A DNA stretch of 64,000 bases. Source: Daphnia carinata. Taxonomy: Eukaryota. Of the stretch, positions 1 to 15,400 are shown piece by piece (the stretch's first letter is position 1; each line of letters opens with the position of its first letter). The stretch is taken from positions 11,346,001 to 11,410,000 of the forward strand of contig NC_081333.1 of the NCBI RefSeq assembly GCF_022539665.2. Direction: 5' to 3'. The notes beneath the pieces were generated by a model. The model made no database searches, had not been told where the DNA came from, and was given only the letters and a program-made list of their open reading frames with translations. The translations under genes were made by a program, and so were the position numbers.

Positions 1-1997
1 TTTTTCAAACATTCTTCCTTCGTGATTGATGGTCGGAGACGGGATTCACGCACGTTGATCGTCATTTTTTTTTGTTGCCATTTTCTCTTTTATTTTCTTT
101 TATGCGTCGTTTCGTCCTTGTATAAAATTTAGCTATGCGCATCGATTCGAGCAATAAAACAAAACGGAAATTTCAATAAGAAAAATGTTTTAATAGAAAA
201 AAAAGAGAAAACGAATCAAACAATTTCCCATATATAATGATGATGTAATATACTGCCTATTGATTTATAGGTTATGTGTACGTAAAAGCCATGTAGTGTT
301 TTTGCGGTTCGGCCCCCCCCCCCCCCAAAAAAAAAAAATTATTCATAAAAGTTTATCATGATAAGCATCTTACAGACGAGGGGAGTGAAATATTTAAAAA
401 TCGAAATCTCTTTGTTTTTTTGTTTTTATTCTTGCGTTTCTAAAATGGTTTTTATTTTTCGCGTCTTTCTCTTATTTTACGACGTGGCACACAAAACTCA
501 ATTCCCTTTTACACATAGGTCTCGACAATAAAAATAAAGGGAAAAAAAACTTTCAATGTCCATAGCAAGTTGGGTGTGTGTGTGTGTGTGTACATTACTA
601 GTAAAAACGTTATTGTTCGCGTGTTTCGGATGTTCCCCATACTTGTTTTACAACTAGCGCGTTATACATATTTTTTATTTGTGCTTTTCGGTCAGGACTT
701 TGGGGCTGACATTGTACGTGTCACTATATCCCATTTCTTCCAGAGCTGCCTCATTTTTCTGTCCAGTACGGTACATATCTATAGCCATAACAAGAAACAC
801 CTCCCAAAAAAAAAAAAAAAAAAAAAAGAAGAATCTCAATTTTCAGACCGGAGCGGCACATTAAATATCCTATTCCCATTTTCTTCTTGTTTTTGTTGGA
901 ATATGTATTGAATAGTCCGTCTTCCCTTGGTCATTATACATTTGAGGCGGAGGGTTAGTGTCAGATAAAGACACTTCCATCAGCCAACAACTGGAGCATC
1001 GCATGGCTTAGGTTAATGGGCCCAGACCAAGTTGGACCTTATTGGTGTCTAGCTGGACAAACAGCACTTTAACGGCTCCCCCCAACACATTCGTGGGCGG
1101 CCAAGCAGATTGTTGTTGTTTTTTTGTTTGTTTTTTTTCAACTTACAACCCCAGCGCTAGTGGTATTTCAATTTCCGTCTCCATTTTCAAACGTCGTAAT
1201 GCGAACAAAAACGACGTCAGCAAAGAAATCGTGTGTCTCTTGTTTCGCCACGTTGGTGGCCCTTTGTAAAAACAAAAATTAAGGGTTCAAATCATTGCTC
1301 GTTTCGGTTCGATTACTCTGATCAGATTGAGAAGAGTTTTATTTTTCAAGGTGAGTTGAATACTTTCCGTTCCTATACAAGGAATGAAAAAAAAAACTTG
1401 ACTCACGATATTTTTGTTCCAGCGGGAGACAGGATATCAGTCGCGGGCGACGACATGAAAGAATCGACGGGATAAAAAAGCCGATGAACCTTGACAGAAT
1501 TCTTATATTTCCATCGCCGGTGGTCTCGTCCTTCCGCCATCATCATCGTCTCTTCTTTTCCACCTCGATTTCTTTTTTTCATATTTTTTTTTTTTGTTTC
1601 ATCGGAATTCGTTTGTACTGATCTGCTTTTTTCTTCCCCTGATCCACAAGATTGTGATGGTATTAGTCCCAATGTCACGACGCCTCTCTCCTTTTCGTGT
1701 CTCTTCAATCCATCGTGACTTGTGCCCGATCCATTTTTCTTCGTATTCCGAATGTGAGTGTAATCTATTTTTGTGTTGACAGTTCGGATGGCACCGAAAC
1801 AAAAAATTTCAAAGTGAAATGTTTTATCAGGGCATCCTAAAAAACGGAACGCCATTTGACCCATTTTATAAAATGACAACCACTCTGGTTTATTTCGGAA
1901 ATATTAATCGTATATCCTGCATTAGAGTTCACATTCCACGAGGCACTTGCGATTTATAGTTGATGAAGTATTCGCATTCCAAGTGATGCTTGCAACA

Positions 1998-2145
1998 GTC
2001 GGGCTTAAAAAGTCGGGCTTATTTTTTATTTTTATTTTTTTATGCAAGTATAACAAACTATGCATGATTTCTATTCAAAATGAAAGGAAGATTGCGAAAA
2101 TCAATTTTATTTTAGGGTCAGACTGAAAGTTTTTGAGTTATTCAA
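1998..2145 (+). repeat. Short fragment related to the subterminal repeats at 48.8-49.4 kb
   Basis: gtcgggcttaaaaagtcgggctt resembles tcgggcttcaaaagtcgggctt (~48876). atgcatgatttc and agtttttgagtta are also shared with 48810-49225. Confidence 0.5.
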
Positions 2146-4789
2146 ATTCAAAGTAATTGAAAGAAATGGCAAGTTAGAAATGAAAGATAAAGTTAGAAGC
2201 CGATGTTGATCTCGGCTGCTAGCAACCGAAAAAAACAAACAAAATCGTATAAATATCATAGTCAAGTAATAGGCTGCTGGTTAAGACACTGCTCTGGTAG
2301 AGGACCCCCCGTGTTGAGAAAGGGACAACAGTCCGAGAATCTTCCTCTTTCGTCCCTTGTTTTGTTTTCATTTTTTCATTAATCTTCCTCACGACGGGGG
2401 GGTCCACCATAAGAAAGACAAGGTCTTTTTCTTATTTTCTACGATAGGCCTATTTACAATGGCGTCTATATACCATCGTGTGTATACAGTAGTGTCTTTT
2501 GGAGCCCCCTCATTTTCAGTATCAGTGCACTTGATAATAACCAACAACACATGTCAAACGAATATACGAGAGAGAAAGTTTTAGCTATACACACAATCGA
2601 AGCGTTTTTATTTGCATGTCCAAAAGACAGCCATTCCCATTTTGGAATGTCTCCAGCTGTGCCCCAGAAATCAACTGCGTCCAAAAATTCCGTCTATATG
2701 AAATTAAAAGGAGAAGGGAGCTACTCTACTACATTGGTCAAGCGCATCGATCATAACAGTTGTCTAGCATTACATTCCCCCCCCTATATAGCTAAAGCTC
2801 CATTTTTAATTGCAATTTTTTCCCCCCTTTTTACATCTCAGGTAACTGCTGCTGCGCTATTTGAACGCCAGTAGCTATTACATCAACAAGCAAAAACTTT
2901 CTCTCTTACATGTGTGTATGTAATACTCATCTATCTAACTGTCGCCTTGTTTTTAATGGTCGTTTTTCCTTCATTGTTGTGAAAGGGCTACTATTAACAT
3001 GGCACTGCTGCTTCTCTCCATGCTGGAGTCCCATTGTTTTTTTTTTGTTTTTTTTAACTCTTTCACATCCATCATTTAACAAAGGCAAGAAAAACAGCAG
3101 CAATTTTCTTCTGGTCTTTTTTTTTGTTTTCTTCAAAGTATCTTGGCGTGTGTGTGTGTATTGTGCCAGCATAATGAGCCGAATTGTTTGTCTATTGTCT
3201 GGGTGTTGCGCAATTTGGGAAGCTTGTTTTTTTTTTTTCCCTTTAACACTATCTCTCTTGTTTTGTGTAAATATGGCACATTGTAACAAACAACGTTGTT
3301 GTTATATATAGTCTTTTCTCTTTTGCCTCGTTCAGTGCCCAGCGTGAAAAATGATTTACGGCGTGACAAAAAAAAAAAAGGGGGGCATGCAACCTAATAA
3401 TAAGTATAACTTCTAGATATGGTGTCTTGTATCCCAGTCGAAAAGAAAATAAACGATCAAAATACAAGTGAGTCGTAATAATCACGAAAAAGGAGAGGGA
3501 CAAAAGGCGAAAAGTCCTGTAAAGTTACCACCCAAAAGAGGCACGAAATGCATTTCAGTTTCTATCCAGAATTTGTTTCACAAACTTGGTTAACGATGGT
3601 AATAATCAGACCAGACAACGTTTCATTTTGAGACGTGACATATTAAAAAAAAAAAAAAAAACAACAAAACATTCGCCCAGTGTTTTAAACAAAAATAAAA
3701 CTCACTAAATGTGAATATGATCAAGTGTTGGAACTATTTCTTGCGCCAGGCGTGAAACGTGCCGAAACCATTGACGGAGAAAGGTGAGAATGGACCAGGT
3801 AATAGTTAAAAAAAAAAAACTGTCGAAGAATTTCCCATAAAAATAAACATAACCCCAAGTGCCAGCTTGTAAAAAGTAAGGATAGACTGACGTATTAAAA
3901 CGTGTGGACGTTGAGCGGATTGCCAGCAATGACATCCAACTTTTTTCCGGATTATAAATACAACTGCGCAACATTTGGAGAAAAAAACCATTCAACATAA
4001 TAAAATCTAAAGATAGGCGAGTACTGTTTATGTCTATATTGGACGGTCACGCACGATATTTTAACGTCTGAAAATGTTTTCAACTTCAGCGGGTTGTTGA
4101 CATTTTGCCGCGTCCGTTTTCTTGAAAAGTTTTTCTTTCTATATACGTTACGACCTTCTGAAAGAGAGGGCCATATTTATATATAGGAAAATCCTTTGCA
4201 ACCATCAGACCAAAAATAAAATAAACAGAGACTAGAGCACGTACGTGGACTATTCTTAACTGTTTTGAAAAAAAAGAAAAGAAAAATACCTGTCTGTTCG
4301 TATACTTTGTGTGTGTCTGTGCCACCCAACTTCTGTTTTGGCCGTTTGCAACAGCTGTCAGTGTTTTTGGTTGGCTGGGAAAATTGGAAATCGATAGTTT
4401 TGGTATTGAATCGAAAATAAAGGTGAGATTCGATTGATTTTGTCAAAGGTTCTTTGGAAACCTTGAGCCTTTTTTTTTTGTATTTACACGACATAGTTCG
4501 CACAAAAGACACGCACAACAGACGACGGACACACAGCGAGAGGGTAAAAAGGTAAAGGGGGGGCGGATTGTTTTGCTTTTTTTTTTTTTTAGATTTTAGG
4601 AGATATACATAAATATATATATATTTATTTATACGAGTTATGTAGACTGTCAAATGAATTGGAAAACGGGTTGCCAAAAGAACGTTCAATTTCGCGAGAG
4701 AATTCAAACGAAAAATCATTGCAATGAAGGAGACACGAAAACACATTGAGAAATATACATTACAGTTTGTACAATTTTGGCTTATTTAC

Positions 4790-4792
<3 letters not shown>

Positions 4793-4832
<40 letters not shown>
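4793..4832. repeat. (AG)n microsatellite in the putative 3' UTR of the fend-like gene
   Basis: About 20 AG units read directly from the sequence. Confidence 0.95.
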
Positions 4833-4838
<6 letters not shown>

Positions 4839-4929
4839 TTAAAAGAATTGAAAAAGGGCGTGAAACTCTTCAAGGAGACAAATGGGATTATTTCTGGGAA
4901 CAAATGAAAATGATTTGGGCAAATATTTT

Positions 4930-7900
4930 TTAATGATGAAGGGCAGGAAGTCGATGAGTTCGAGACGGGAATAAACAATGTTCCAGGCTGTGCACAGCGC
5001 AAGGCGGTTGCATCGTGTGATAAGGCACACGATCACCGTCGATCGTCTTGACGACGGCCAGGCTTTCGATGGTGCTCGGTCTGTGGTGATGACGGGGCAA
5101 TGGCGATGCAGACGGAGATTCACTGAGGCGCATGCTGGCCCTCCTGTGCCGACGGATGCCGATGGCGGTGGCCAAAACCAATAGAAATAAAGAGACGCCA
5201 GCAGCTGCACCGACGCCGACCGTGGCTTCTAGTCGCCGGCCTGATCCGCTGCTACTGCCGGACGATGATGGAAGCCGATCAATGAGCGGAGCAGCGGGCA
5301 AAGGCCTGGCTTCATCCGACTGGACCACCCCGGGCGCTTTGTGGGTGTCGATGGTCAACGGAGCGGAACGCATCTGGATGGCATCCGATGTGGCCGTCAC
5401 CAAGTCAACTTGGATGTGGTAGACGGTGTCGGGCCACAAAGAGAGGGTCACCGAAGTGGCGTCAGTGTAGAGATGGCCTTTGAGACCGCCGCCATCGACC
5501 TCCCAAGTGACCAAGTAATCGCTGGATTGTCCGTCGGATGAGCGCTGGACGGGCCAGGCGACTTCGGCGATGACCAAAACCTTTTGGTGGATCAGCGAGA
5601 CTTCTCTGAGTTTCCACGGCGATGCTGGAGACACGGACACGATTTCAACTTGAGCGGCCAATTTTTCTTCGGGCGACAGCTCAAACGGTTGCTGGCCAGT
5701 TGAGTCCGTGTCGACGACGACGTCAGAGGCGGGCAGCGGAGCGGCGATGGCGTTTTCCGTGCTGGAATCTTCGTGTTCGGGGCGGTAGAGAGCCACCAGA
5801 CCGCGTCCGCCGACGGCGAGGACGCGGAGGTTGCCGGCAGCTGAACTGGGAGTCTCGCCAGATGGGAGGAAACAACGTTCTTCCGCAGTCTATTTCAAAA
5901 ATCCAAAAACATTTTTTAATATGTTGTTTTTCTTTAGAAAGGCCGAAATAAAAAGAATAAAAAGGAAGAAACAGTTGAAGAGATGCAGAGACTGAAAGAG
6001 ACGAAGACACACTTTCACAATGTATGTGACATTGTCCGCTCATTTCTTGACATTTATCCAACTATTTCTTATTTTAAAATTGAATCGTCTCTTAAAAGAT
6101 GTCCGAGAGAAAGGCGGTTTCTCTTTTGTTTCTACGCTTGCCCTTTGATCTTATTTTCTTCTAGTTCTTCCACTTTTCGAAGCAGCGAAACAGAATGGGA
6201 GGGGGGATGAAGTTTCGTTTATACGACTCCGGGTATGACATGAACCGGTTTCTTGTGACTTGTGGGCCTTTGCCTATCACGTCTAGGACAAGAAAAAAAC
6301 ACAACTGGTGGATAGATCCGGGTTTTATTCCTTCCTCGATAGAGGTGAGAAAAACATTATAGAACCAAGGGGAGGGATTCATCCGTGCGTGTCGCTCACG
6401 CTAAATGAACCGGGCCCAAAGCCAAGTGAGGACCGCGTCCCTGTCCATCACCGTCTTTTCCTATCTCTATTTTCTTTTCATTCTGGTTTTTTTTTTTGAG
6501 GGGGAAAGGCCGCAGATAATCGACCGAGACGAGGCCCAGCTGTTTCAGGGCTCCGTTCACGTGGAAACACGACGGCGCGTCTGAGGACTGGAAAACTTAA
6601 AAAAAAAAACAAAAAAAAACTCGTTTGATGTGCTTCAACGTCTATCTTAGCTTGAACCTCTTAGGTCTATATGTGCTATCTCTATCTGTCTGGCCGTGTG
6701 TCTATCTCATTTCAAATCCAACATATTTTTTTTCTTTCTGTGGATGGATGGGAATTAAAATTAAAATAACCGAAAAGGGAAAAACGGCCTGAGCTCAATT
6801 GAAATCGACAGGGCGCGGCCTTTTAAAGTCTCCAGATAATGTTGAATACAATGTTATCGTTTCCGAAAAGAAAAAAAAATCGGTGATATCAACGCGTTAC
6901 ACGAAGTTCTTTTCTTCTAAACTGTTTGCTTTTAGACAGTTTGCAAGTCTCGAATGAAATTGTGGCTACTTAACGAGGTTACCATTATCTCTTTTTTTCA
7001 ATTTTATATCAGAGAATAAGGCGGCATCGGCGTCTACTCGCTCAATTAAGTTTCAATCAAAAAAAAAAAAAATTTTGGATAAGAAATACGGGCCATTGGG
7101 CTGAAGGAAAAATGAAGACATTCGAGATGGGCTGTCATCTTTTTTTTTTCTTTTGCTGTCTGTCCTTTTTCCTTCATATTTTTTTTTTTTTTTGTTTAAT
7201 GCAGCGAGAGCTCGTTCCCAAATTTAGTCAAGTCTGACGATCACATTCCACAAACAGCAAGAGACAGGGAATCGATCTGTTTTCATGTCGGTCTATAGTG
7301 AAATGCAGCCGGTAAAATGAAAAAAAAAAAAAAAAAAAAATAGCCAACAGGTCCCGTCTACTTGCGTCGTACGATTAACCCGTCCTCCCACCATAAGCTT
7401 ATATTTAAGCCACAGTTTGACATTGATGGTCTCTCAATTGAGCGGGCAGGGAAAAGGGACGGGCGGTTATCGATAGCATCGATTTCTTCCATACTTGGTT
7501 GCACAGCTTATAGATTTCGTATAATTTTATTTTTTACCGTTTGAAGTTGAAAGACGAAATAAGGAAGAAAAAAAAAATAGTTTAGCTATTTTCCTAATTG
7601 ACCGTGCATCTAATTTAACTATGCGGGATTTGGTGCGCATTTTTTGGGGGGCGTTATTTCGAACCTTCTGAGTGCATGAGTGAACACAAAAAAAAAACTA
7701 ACCTTTTGTCTCTTAATGGATGTATAACAGAAATGGCTGAGATTTACGTCGAGGACCAGCACATTCGCTGTAAATGACGCAACATAAGGTGGAAAAAGCT
7801 TCGAAATTTCTCAACAATAAATCAGTTAGATAATCATTATTTTTTTTTTTTTTAAAGGATTGAAGCGAATAAAAAGGTCTTTACGTGTTTTCCATCAATT

Positions 7901-10900
7901 TTTCTTTTCGAGCATGACAGCTGTCTAAACTGTTTAGAGTTAAAGCATCTCGCCATCGCTTTCGGAATGCGTACATAATGCGAGTACCCATTTACTATCA
8001 ATCTTTTACGTTTCACTTTAGAGTACTCGTTTTCACCACGTTTCGTGCCGGGTGTCAATCTACAATTTTGGCGGGATTTCGTGTGCGGATAAGAACGAAA
8101 CTAGACCGCACATGACCAACATTTCATTTCACTCGGATATTTCTTTACAGACCCTATAGAAGATGCAATTCCCTAACAAAAAAAAACAAAAATCTTTTCC
8201 TCCACATTCGTTCTAGATTAGTAATCTAAAAAAATTATCCAATTGCAGATGGACAGGTTGTGTTCGTTCGTGAGAAGAAAAGGGAGCGTGTGTTTGGTCG
8301 GGCTAGCGGCGATTGCGTTTGCTACGAGCCTTCGTTGATTCGCTTTTAATGAGAGCGCTTCCTTACATCTTAGATAGAGAAACTACAAGCTGCTCAGCTG
8401 ATAATGAACCGATTCGTTATACATAGACGGACCGATGGGGCGGTACGGTCAGGTGATCATTCACCATCTTTTGACTAGGACTTTCTTTCTTTTTTATCCA
8501 TCGGGATAAGAGCTAGAAAAAAAAAAAAGAACAAGTGCACAATGGGCGTTGGAAAATGTCAAGAACGAGAAAACGAAAATAAGAATAGAAGAATGAGAGC
8601 ATCATCAGCGAGCCAAAAAAGCCCAAACAACTTTTTGTTTTGTTTTTTTTCGAATAGGTTCCCATGATTTTGTAGGTTGAATGACATGTGAAGAGAAACA
8701 GTCGAAGATGAAAGAATAGAAATAGATGATTGCGTGATGATGATTTGTTTTTGTTTTTTACCTGGATGATTTGACGCCAACGTCCCGAACTCTGCTTCTG
8801 GATGACGGCGTAAACGAGCCGCTCCTTCTCGCGTTTCGAGTTGGATGAACGCTCAGACGGACGGGGCCAGGTGGCCAAGTTGCCAACGAGTTGGACGCTC
8901 GGCTCGGCAGAGGTCGGCATCACTGGATCCTTCTGCGGTAGATCCGCGTTCTGGAAGAACTGGCAAGCCTGCAAACAGCCAGGGAACTATATCAGGCAAA
9001 AAGCAAACGAAAAATAAAATTTATGAAAACAAGCTCCTTCAACAGGGGGGAAAGAAAAAAAAAAAAAAAAACAGTTTTGAGAATGTTTACAGTCAACTTT
9101 GCCCATATGGCCCACCCTGAAAAAAGAAAAGAAGCTGTGCCTGTTGAGGATGTATGGACTTGTGCCATGAAGACAAGTGCCCAAAAATGGTCAAGTGGAG
9201 GGGGGAGCTAGTTTTGCTTCGTCATAAGCAACGAGAAAGAGGGCGAGACGGTCTTTTTTTTTTTAAAGAGGACGACGGGAAAGAATATATAGCCTCAACA
9301 AGTGATGATTTACGAGCCCAATTTAGAATTCGGGATAGCAAAAAACTTCGCAACAAAACAATTGCCTAGCCTGCACGTCATTCAACTTGCGCGCGATTCA
9401 TCTCTCAAAAGTTTAAACAGCAGCTGGAATGGCGTGTAGAAACGATAGGGCGAATTGACGTAATGCACCATCCGAAAATATAAAAAAAAAGGTTTGAGAG
9501 TTCGGTTGATGATTCAGCGTGGCAAACAACATCGGGAATGAGCAAACTGGCAGACACGAAGAAATTGTTTTGGTGCCCTTACGTTGACGTCATTTGATTG
9601 AATAGAAAGAGAGTGACAGTGAATCGAGAGACAAGCCAAATACTGAAATCACTCAGCTGTTTTCTTTCTTTTTTTGGCTCAATATGAATTTGGGGTTCTG
9701 CCCAACTGAGCAAAGTGAAATCCGGTGTGCTAGATGGACCAGTAGATGCTCGGGGGCTTGTTATAAAAAACGCTAAAAGAGAAAAACAGCCGCGTGACAG
9801 CCAAACTGATGATGTAATGACGTCTCAACTTTTCGAAACATGCATCTTTTTTTGTGTGTGTTTTAATTCTTTGGTTTTGCTTTCTGTTTTATTAGAAAGA
9901 AGAAGAAGAAGAAGAAAAGCTTTAGTCGTTTTCTTGTAAAGGAGCCCCCGCACCCTGCGGACTTTGTGGGCCCTAAACGGAGCCGCCAGTTTATTTCTAT
10001 TCGTCCCCTCTTTTTTTTTTTCTAAAAATCTTGGCGCAAGTTTTTTGTGTTTTCTGGGGGGGAAATACGAGACACAAAAACCCCAAAAAAAAAAAAAAAA
10101 AAAAAAACCACCGGTGGCCAATTATGCAAACGAGTCCAACGTATTTGAACTCGGCTCTTCAACGCCATTCTAAAGTGTGGCTTCCAAAGCCAACGCCGCG
10201 CTTCTATTTTTCTTCTCTCTTCCCACCACCACTGATTTTTTTTTTTTTCGAATGTTTGTTCTATTCGGTCTGAAAACAGATTGTAAAAATACGGTTTCCT
10301 CCACCCCCTTCTTTTTTTTTTTGAAGAGGGAAAACAAGGTCGAATATCCTGAGTGGAACAGTTCGAGACTAAATAATAAAGCGAAAGTTGATATTGACTT
10401 CCGTGAATCGCTGCCTTTTTTCAGCTGTGCTGATTTGCATGGTCATAAAGAGGAACGAAAAAGACTACACTAAAAGAGAATGAAAGAAACTTTAGAGTAA
10501 AGAAATAAAGGAGCTCTCTCTCTCTCTCTCTAAGTCGATATAGAATAGCGTTTAGCTGAGAAGAGAGCGGCATTGAAAGGAGACAACTGTTTAAGAGCCT
10601 CCCGCTTTATGCAAATATATAGTATCAAAGCCCCTTGTTATCACCACGGTTGGCCAATGAAACTACCTGTTTGTCTCTGATTTCCCCTTTTTTTTTCTTG
10701 AGAGAAGGCAACAAAATGGGAAAAGTTTTAAAACTTACGCAAACACTCGGTTGGTTGCAGATGCGAGACCAGACGGTTGGATTGTCTTGCAATAGTCCAC
10801 AGTTTTCCCAGCACTAAAAAAAAAAACAGATTAAAAAAAAAAGAATAATAACATTTGAGATTACATTTTTTTCATTTGAATAATAGACACATCAAAAGAT

Positions 10901-12446
10901 AATACTAATCAATACAACTCGAGATATGGTTTGCTTTTTTGTCTATATTGCACGCCCGTCCTAGTGTTAGACCTGCCGTCCATCGTTGTCTTCTTATTTC
11001 ACGGTTAAGCGAACCCCATGACCTCATCGCACCGAGTTACTAAGACGAGCTTTTGTTAAAGTTTCTTTATTCTTCTCCTTTTAATCCGATAATTCCTCAA
11101 TCCTTTAAAACCCATTCTACTGTAGTTCAAAATGGATGTTGGATTTATCGATCGTTCGTGACGTCAGAGCTAAACATTTTTTATTTTTTAAACAATAAAT
11201 TTTGCTTATTTCTTTTTAGGTCTACCTAACGGAAGGCACCCCCCTGTTGTGTATTTTCGTCTATTGTTGTTGTTACCTTGACATAAGACAAGGATAAATC
11301 CACTGCCCAATTAACGAGAAGACGACTTCTCGCTGTGCTAATACCTACCGATTATTTTCACCCGTTGCCACTGTTATTACTAAAAAAGAAAAACCCTTTG
11401 ATGAAAACAAATGGGAACCCAAAAAAAAAGTTAAATGATTTAACTGGTTGTTACTTGTAAAAGAGGGGTCTTTGCAATAAACGAGTTTCTACGAGTAAAC
11501 CTTTAAAAGAAAAAAAAAAAAGAACAGCAGGTGTTGACCGGGTCTCATATCATGCGGAGTAAAGAATCGAAAATAACGATGGATAGATAAATAAATAGCG
11601 TAAGAATAACAACAATTCAGCATCATCTAACGAAAATACGGAGGGGGAGAGGAAAAAAAAACTTGATTTCTTCTTCGAATGGATGTTTGTTCAACGTGTG
11701 CCCCGTGTGGCGTGTGTGTGTGTGTGTGTGTCCATATAAAACACGATTCTAACTTGGAAGAAGGCGAAGAGGTAAAAAGCTGGGAAGCCAAAGATTAGGG
11801 AAGCAGATGACGGCCGAACGGTACAATGCGTCATTACTTTGTATTGTCGTCGAGAGGCAAGGATCGAGATAGACGCTATTGTGTTGCCCGTGCAGACCGG
11901 CAGCAGATTTATTTAAAACCTCCCTGCTGCGCACGTCCCCCCGACTTTACTCTTTATTTTTCTCGAAATATTCAATCCTTTTCTTTTTTTTTTCTCTTTT
12001 TTTTGTGAGTTGTATTTAATCTACAACTCGTAAAGTTGCCACTATTTTTTCAGCGAGCGTCGAGTGAAAGAAAAAAAAAATACTGGGAATAAAAGTGGGA
12101 TGCGTACAGCCCTGCTGTTGCATGTCTTCTACGTGTGTGTCTCCTCCCCCTTTCTTTCTTTGGACGTTTTTCGTGTAATATGACTTGTCTCATTTCCATC
12201 GACGTTGTAAAGCTCACTCATCGGCAGCCAAATAAAACAACACACGACCCAAAGTTGGAAATAGATTTCTTTTTTCTTTTTCTTTTTCAAATGTTGCCGT
12301 GTTTTGGCGCTCTTTGAAAGCTTACCGTGAAGCAGTCGGGATCCTGTTGGCAGAGCGTTTCGTGGCGATCGTTGCGGACAAACTGCAATAAAAAAGAGAA
12401 CAAGAAAAAGAGAGATATGTAATTATGCCGTGATGAAAAAATGCCT

Positions 12447-12482
<36 letters not shown>

Positions 12483-15400
12483 TGTTATGATGATGATTAT
12501 CGTTTCCATGACCAAGCGCTATTTTTCTTTTGTACGCTCTCTCACAGATTTATTTTTAAAGAGACATTTCCTAACCAGCTTTAAAAAAGAGAGCTGAACT
12601 CGCCTTTCGAATTACACAAGAAGGGCGAAAGAAATAATCAGATTTTTTTTTTTCTTTCCAAACGGTAAATGAATTATCAAATGAACGTCTCGCAGTGTGT
12701 GATTCATCGACATTGACGCCACCAGCAATGTGTAAATAACAGCCAATTGACCTCGTTCTAATACGGCGAAAGTGGCTGTCGCTTTGCTTTTGCAGAGATA
12801 TTTGACACCTTATAGAAAGTCTGTTACTTAATTGTTGTTTGGTAAATCTACGCTTATTAACAGGCACCACACACACACACACAAAAAAACGACATTCCCA
12901 AAGAAAAAAAAACAGAACATGGAACGATTTGTTCGCTGTTGCGAGTGAAAGCTCTTTTTCCAGTTCACGGGCGCAATCATTTCGCTTTCGTTTCGCGTCT
13001 CTGCTCTTTTTTTTTTTTTTTTTTGCCGGCGTGTAATAACATGCAAGGCGGGGCCTAAAAAGAGCTCAACATTCTTTCCAAAGACACGCTTGTTTCGCTT
13101 AATATAACATACGAAATACTATGGGGTAAAGCAGCCGAGCGTAACAAGATCCACCAACATCGGTTGGACAGCTGTTGTGGCCGTTTCTCACTCATGGCTT
13201 CTCTCTTCTTCTTTTTTTTTTTTATTAGAAAAAATGAAAAAAAAAAATCTTACGAAAGTGTTCCAGAGTCATTGGCATGCGAAACCATCAAATTTCTCGT
13301 TTTTTTCGAAGGGGAGAAAGAGCGGGGAGTTTTCTTGTGGCGTAATGGCTCGTTATGTGTAATATACCCCGACACACTACAATATACACACTAACTATGT
13401 GTGTGTGTGTGTGTATACTTCAAAAGGATGTATACACGATATGTGTGTCTAGTCCCGTTTGTTTAGGGCCAAGGTTTCAGGTTCGAATTACGCGCCACGC
13501 TAGAACTCCTCTAAAAAAAAAGGTCTTTTGAAAACTAGCTGCGATTCAGGTCGAAAATTAGAAGGAAAAAAAAGGAAGGTTTTACAAGGTGTAATCGATC
13601 CAGGCCAGCAGAACGACAAAAAAAAAATAATAATGATAAAAAGAAACAGAGCGTCTAGTCTGACGCCATATCCGTGACGTGCAAATTGGGTATCGTCAAG
13701 GCAAATTAGTCGAAACGTAGACAAGAAACAAGACCGAGTCGTAGACGATGCGTTTTTTTTTTAACGACCGATTGCAGTTCAAACGGTCGCGCGCGCGCGC
13801 TCAGTTGCCATGTAAAAATATTTAAAACGTTTTTCACAAAGATTCTCATTTTATTTTTTTTTTGGGGGGGGGGGGGGGGCGTTAATTTCGAATGTTTATT
13901 TGAGGTGCATATCATTGGACTCCCTTTTATTTCCCAGTGAAATTAACCCAACGACGAGTGCGCCGTCATTGGGTACGTGATGGGGATTTTCAACAAGGAC
14001 GCCACCCCGTAGCAATCAAGAAAAAAAAAAAAAAGAAAAGGAAAAGGCAAAGAGAAGACGCGACGGTTTTTATGTACAGAATATATAGAAAGACGTTTTG
14101 AAATAAATATACGACCGTCTCCGATTCGGTGCGGTAATATGGTGGACCAGTCGCGGCGCCATGTTTGGTACCGCGTTCACCGAACGAGCAAACGCGTGCA
14201 ATCCAACCCCCCCGATGAAACAAACAAGCATTTTTCTATCTTCCTTTTTTTTCCCCTCTTTGGTACGTGCATTTTTATAGGAGACGTAATTTTTATCTAG
14301 ATTTAATGACTGGCTCTCATTAAAGAAAAAAAAAAATAATACTGGCAACCCCATTTCGGCAGTGGTTATTACACAGCTGTGAGCGCTTGAGCGTTTTGTG
14401 ATGAACCCTACGGTCCCGCACGGTATACGCAATGGGCGTGCGACCGTGTGCAGAAAACCAAAGATGCGTGATGATACTTGTTGCTAGCAGGCTTATTCCA
14501 CTGTTTCGTTTTTTTTGTTTTTTTTTAATGATCCATGTGGCCGATTGAATTGGCTCTCTCCCCCCTCTCTCTCTCTCTCTCTGCAGGAGCAGTAGCTATA
14601 CCAAGCGGCCGCGTGAAAATAAAAAAGAAGAGCTGGTCGTTCGGGCTTTTTTTTGGGAACGATAACTCATGATGCGGCCGCCAGTACAAGAGAGTACCGT
14701 ACATTGTAATATGTACTAGTGTAGATAGTAGCAATTAAATTGTGGAGAATAAAAAGAAAAAAAGGAAGATGGCATGAAAAACTAATTCAACTTGCTGTTG
14801 TTGGATAATTAGACATTCGGAATTTCTTTTTTCTTTCTCTTTGGTGAATCTTTTCTGATGATACCCTTTGCGTAACAAAGATCCATTTCTTTTTTTTTTT
14901 TTTTTTTTTTTTAACGAGTTGTTCTTCTGATATTTCAACTGCACGGGGGGGGGGAGGAGTTTATGCACTGTTGGAAGCGCTGGGAAAAGATTGCTGAGGA
15001 ACACGAAAACTAATTTTTGTTAAAAACTCTTTGGCCTCGGAGAATCTTCTTCCGCTAATATGAAGCTTCGACGGTCCTCACAAAATCAGAGGGAATTTTA
15101 GAAAGAAAAAAAAAAAAAAGATTTGCAAAAGAATCGAATCAGTGAGCCATAGTTGAAAATTCTGGCCACCCACACCAAACCCTTTTGACGAGATTCCCTT
15201 TCTTTGTGTGTGTGTGCCCGTCTATTGTTGAAAAAGAAGTTGAAGAGTAGACCCACAGATTGACGACCACACAGACACTGTTAAAAAGGACTATGTTTCT
15301 TCTTATATACGCTATCTATAGATTTTTACAAGCGTTTAGTGAGTCGTTTGTAAGGCTGCACTTATCAGCAAAACTAATGAGTTGCAACTGATGAAAAAAA

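Noticed and set aside
7700..7815. Possible extra exon of the fend-like gene (ends at a GTTAG donor)
   Set aside because: No phase-0 acceptor gives an open frame, and exons 4 and 5 already join sensibly (IIQ|TAEE).
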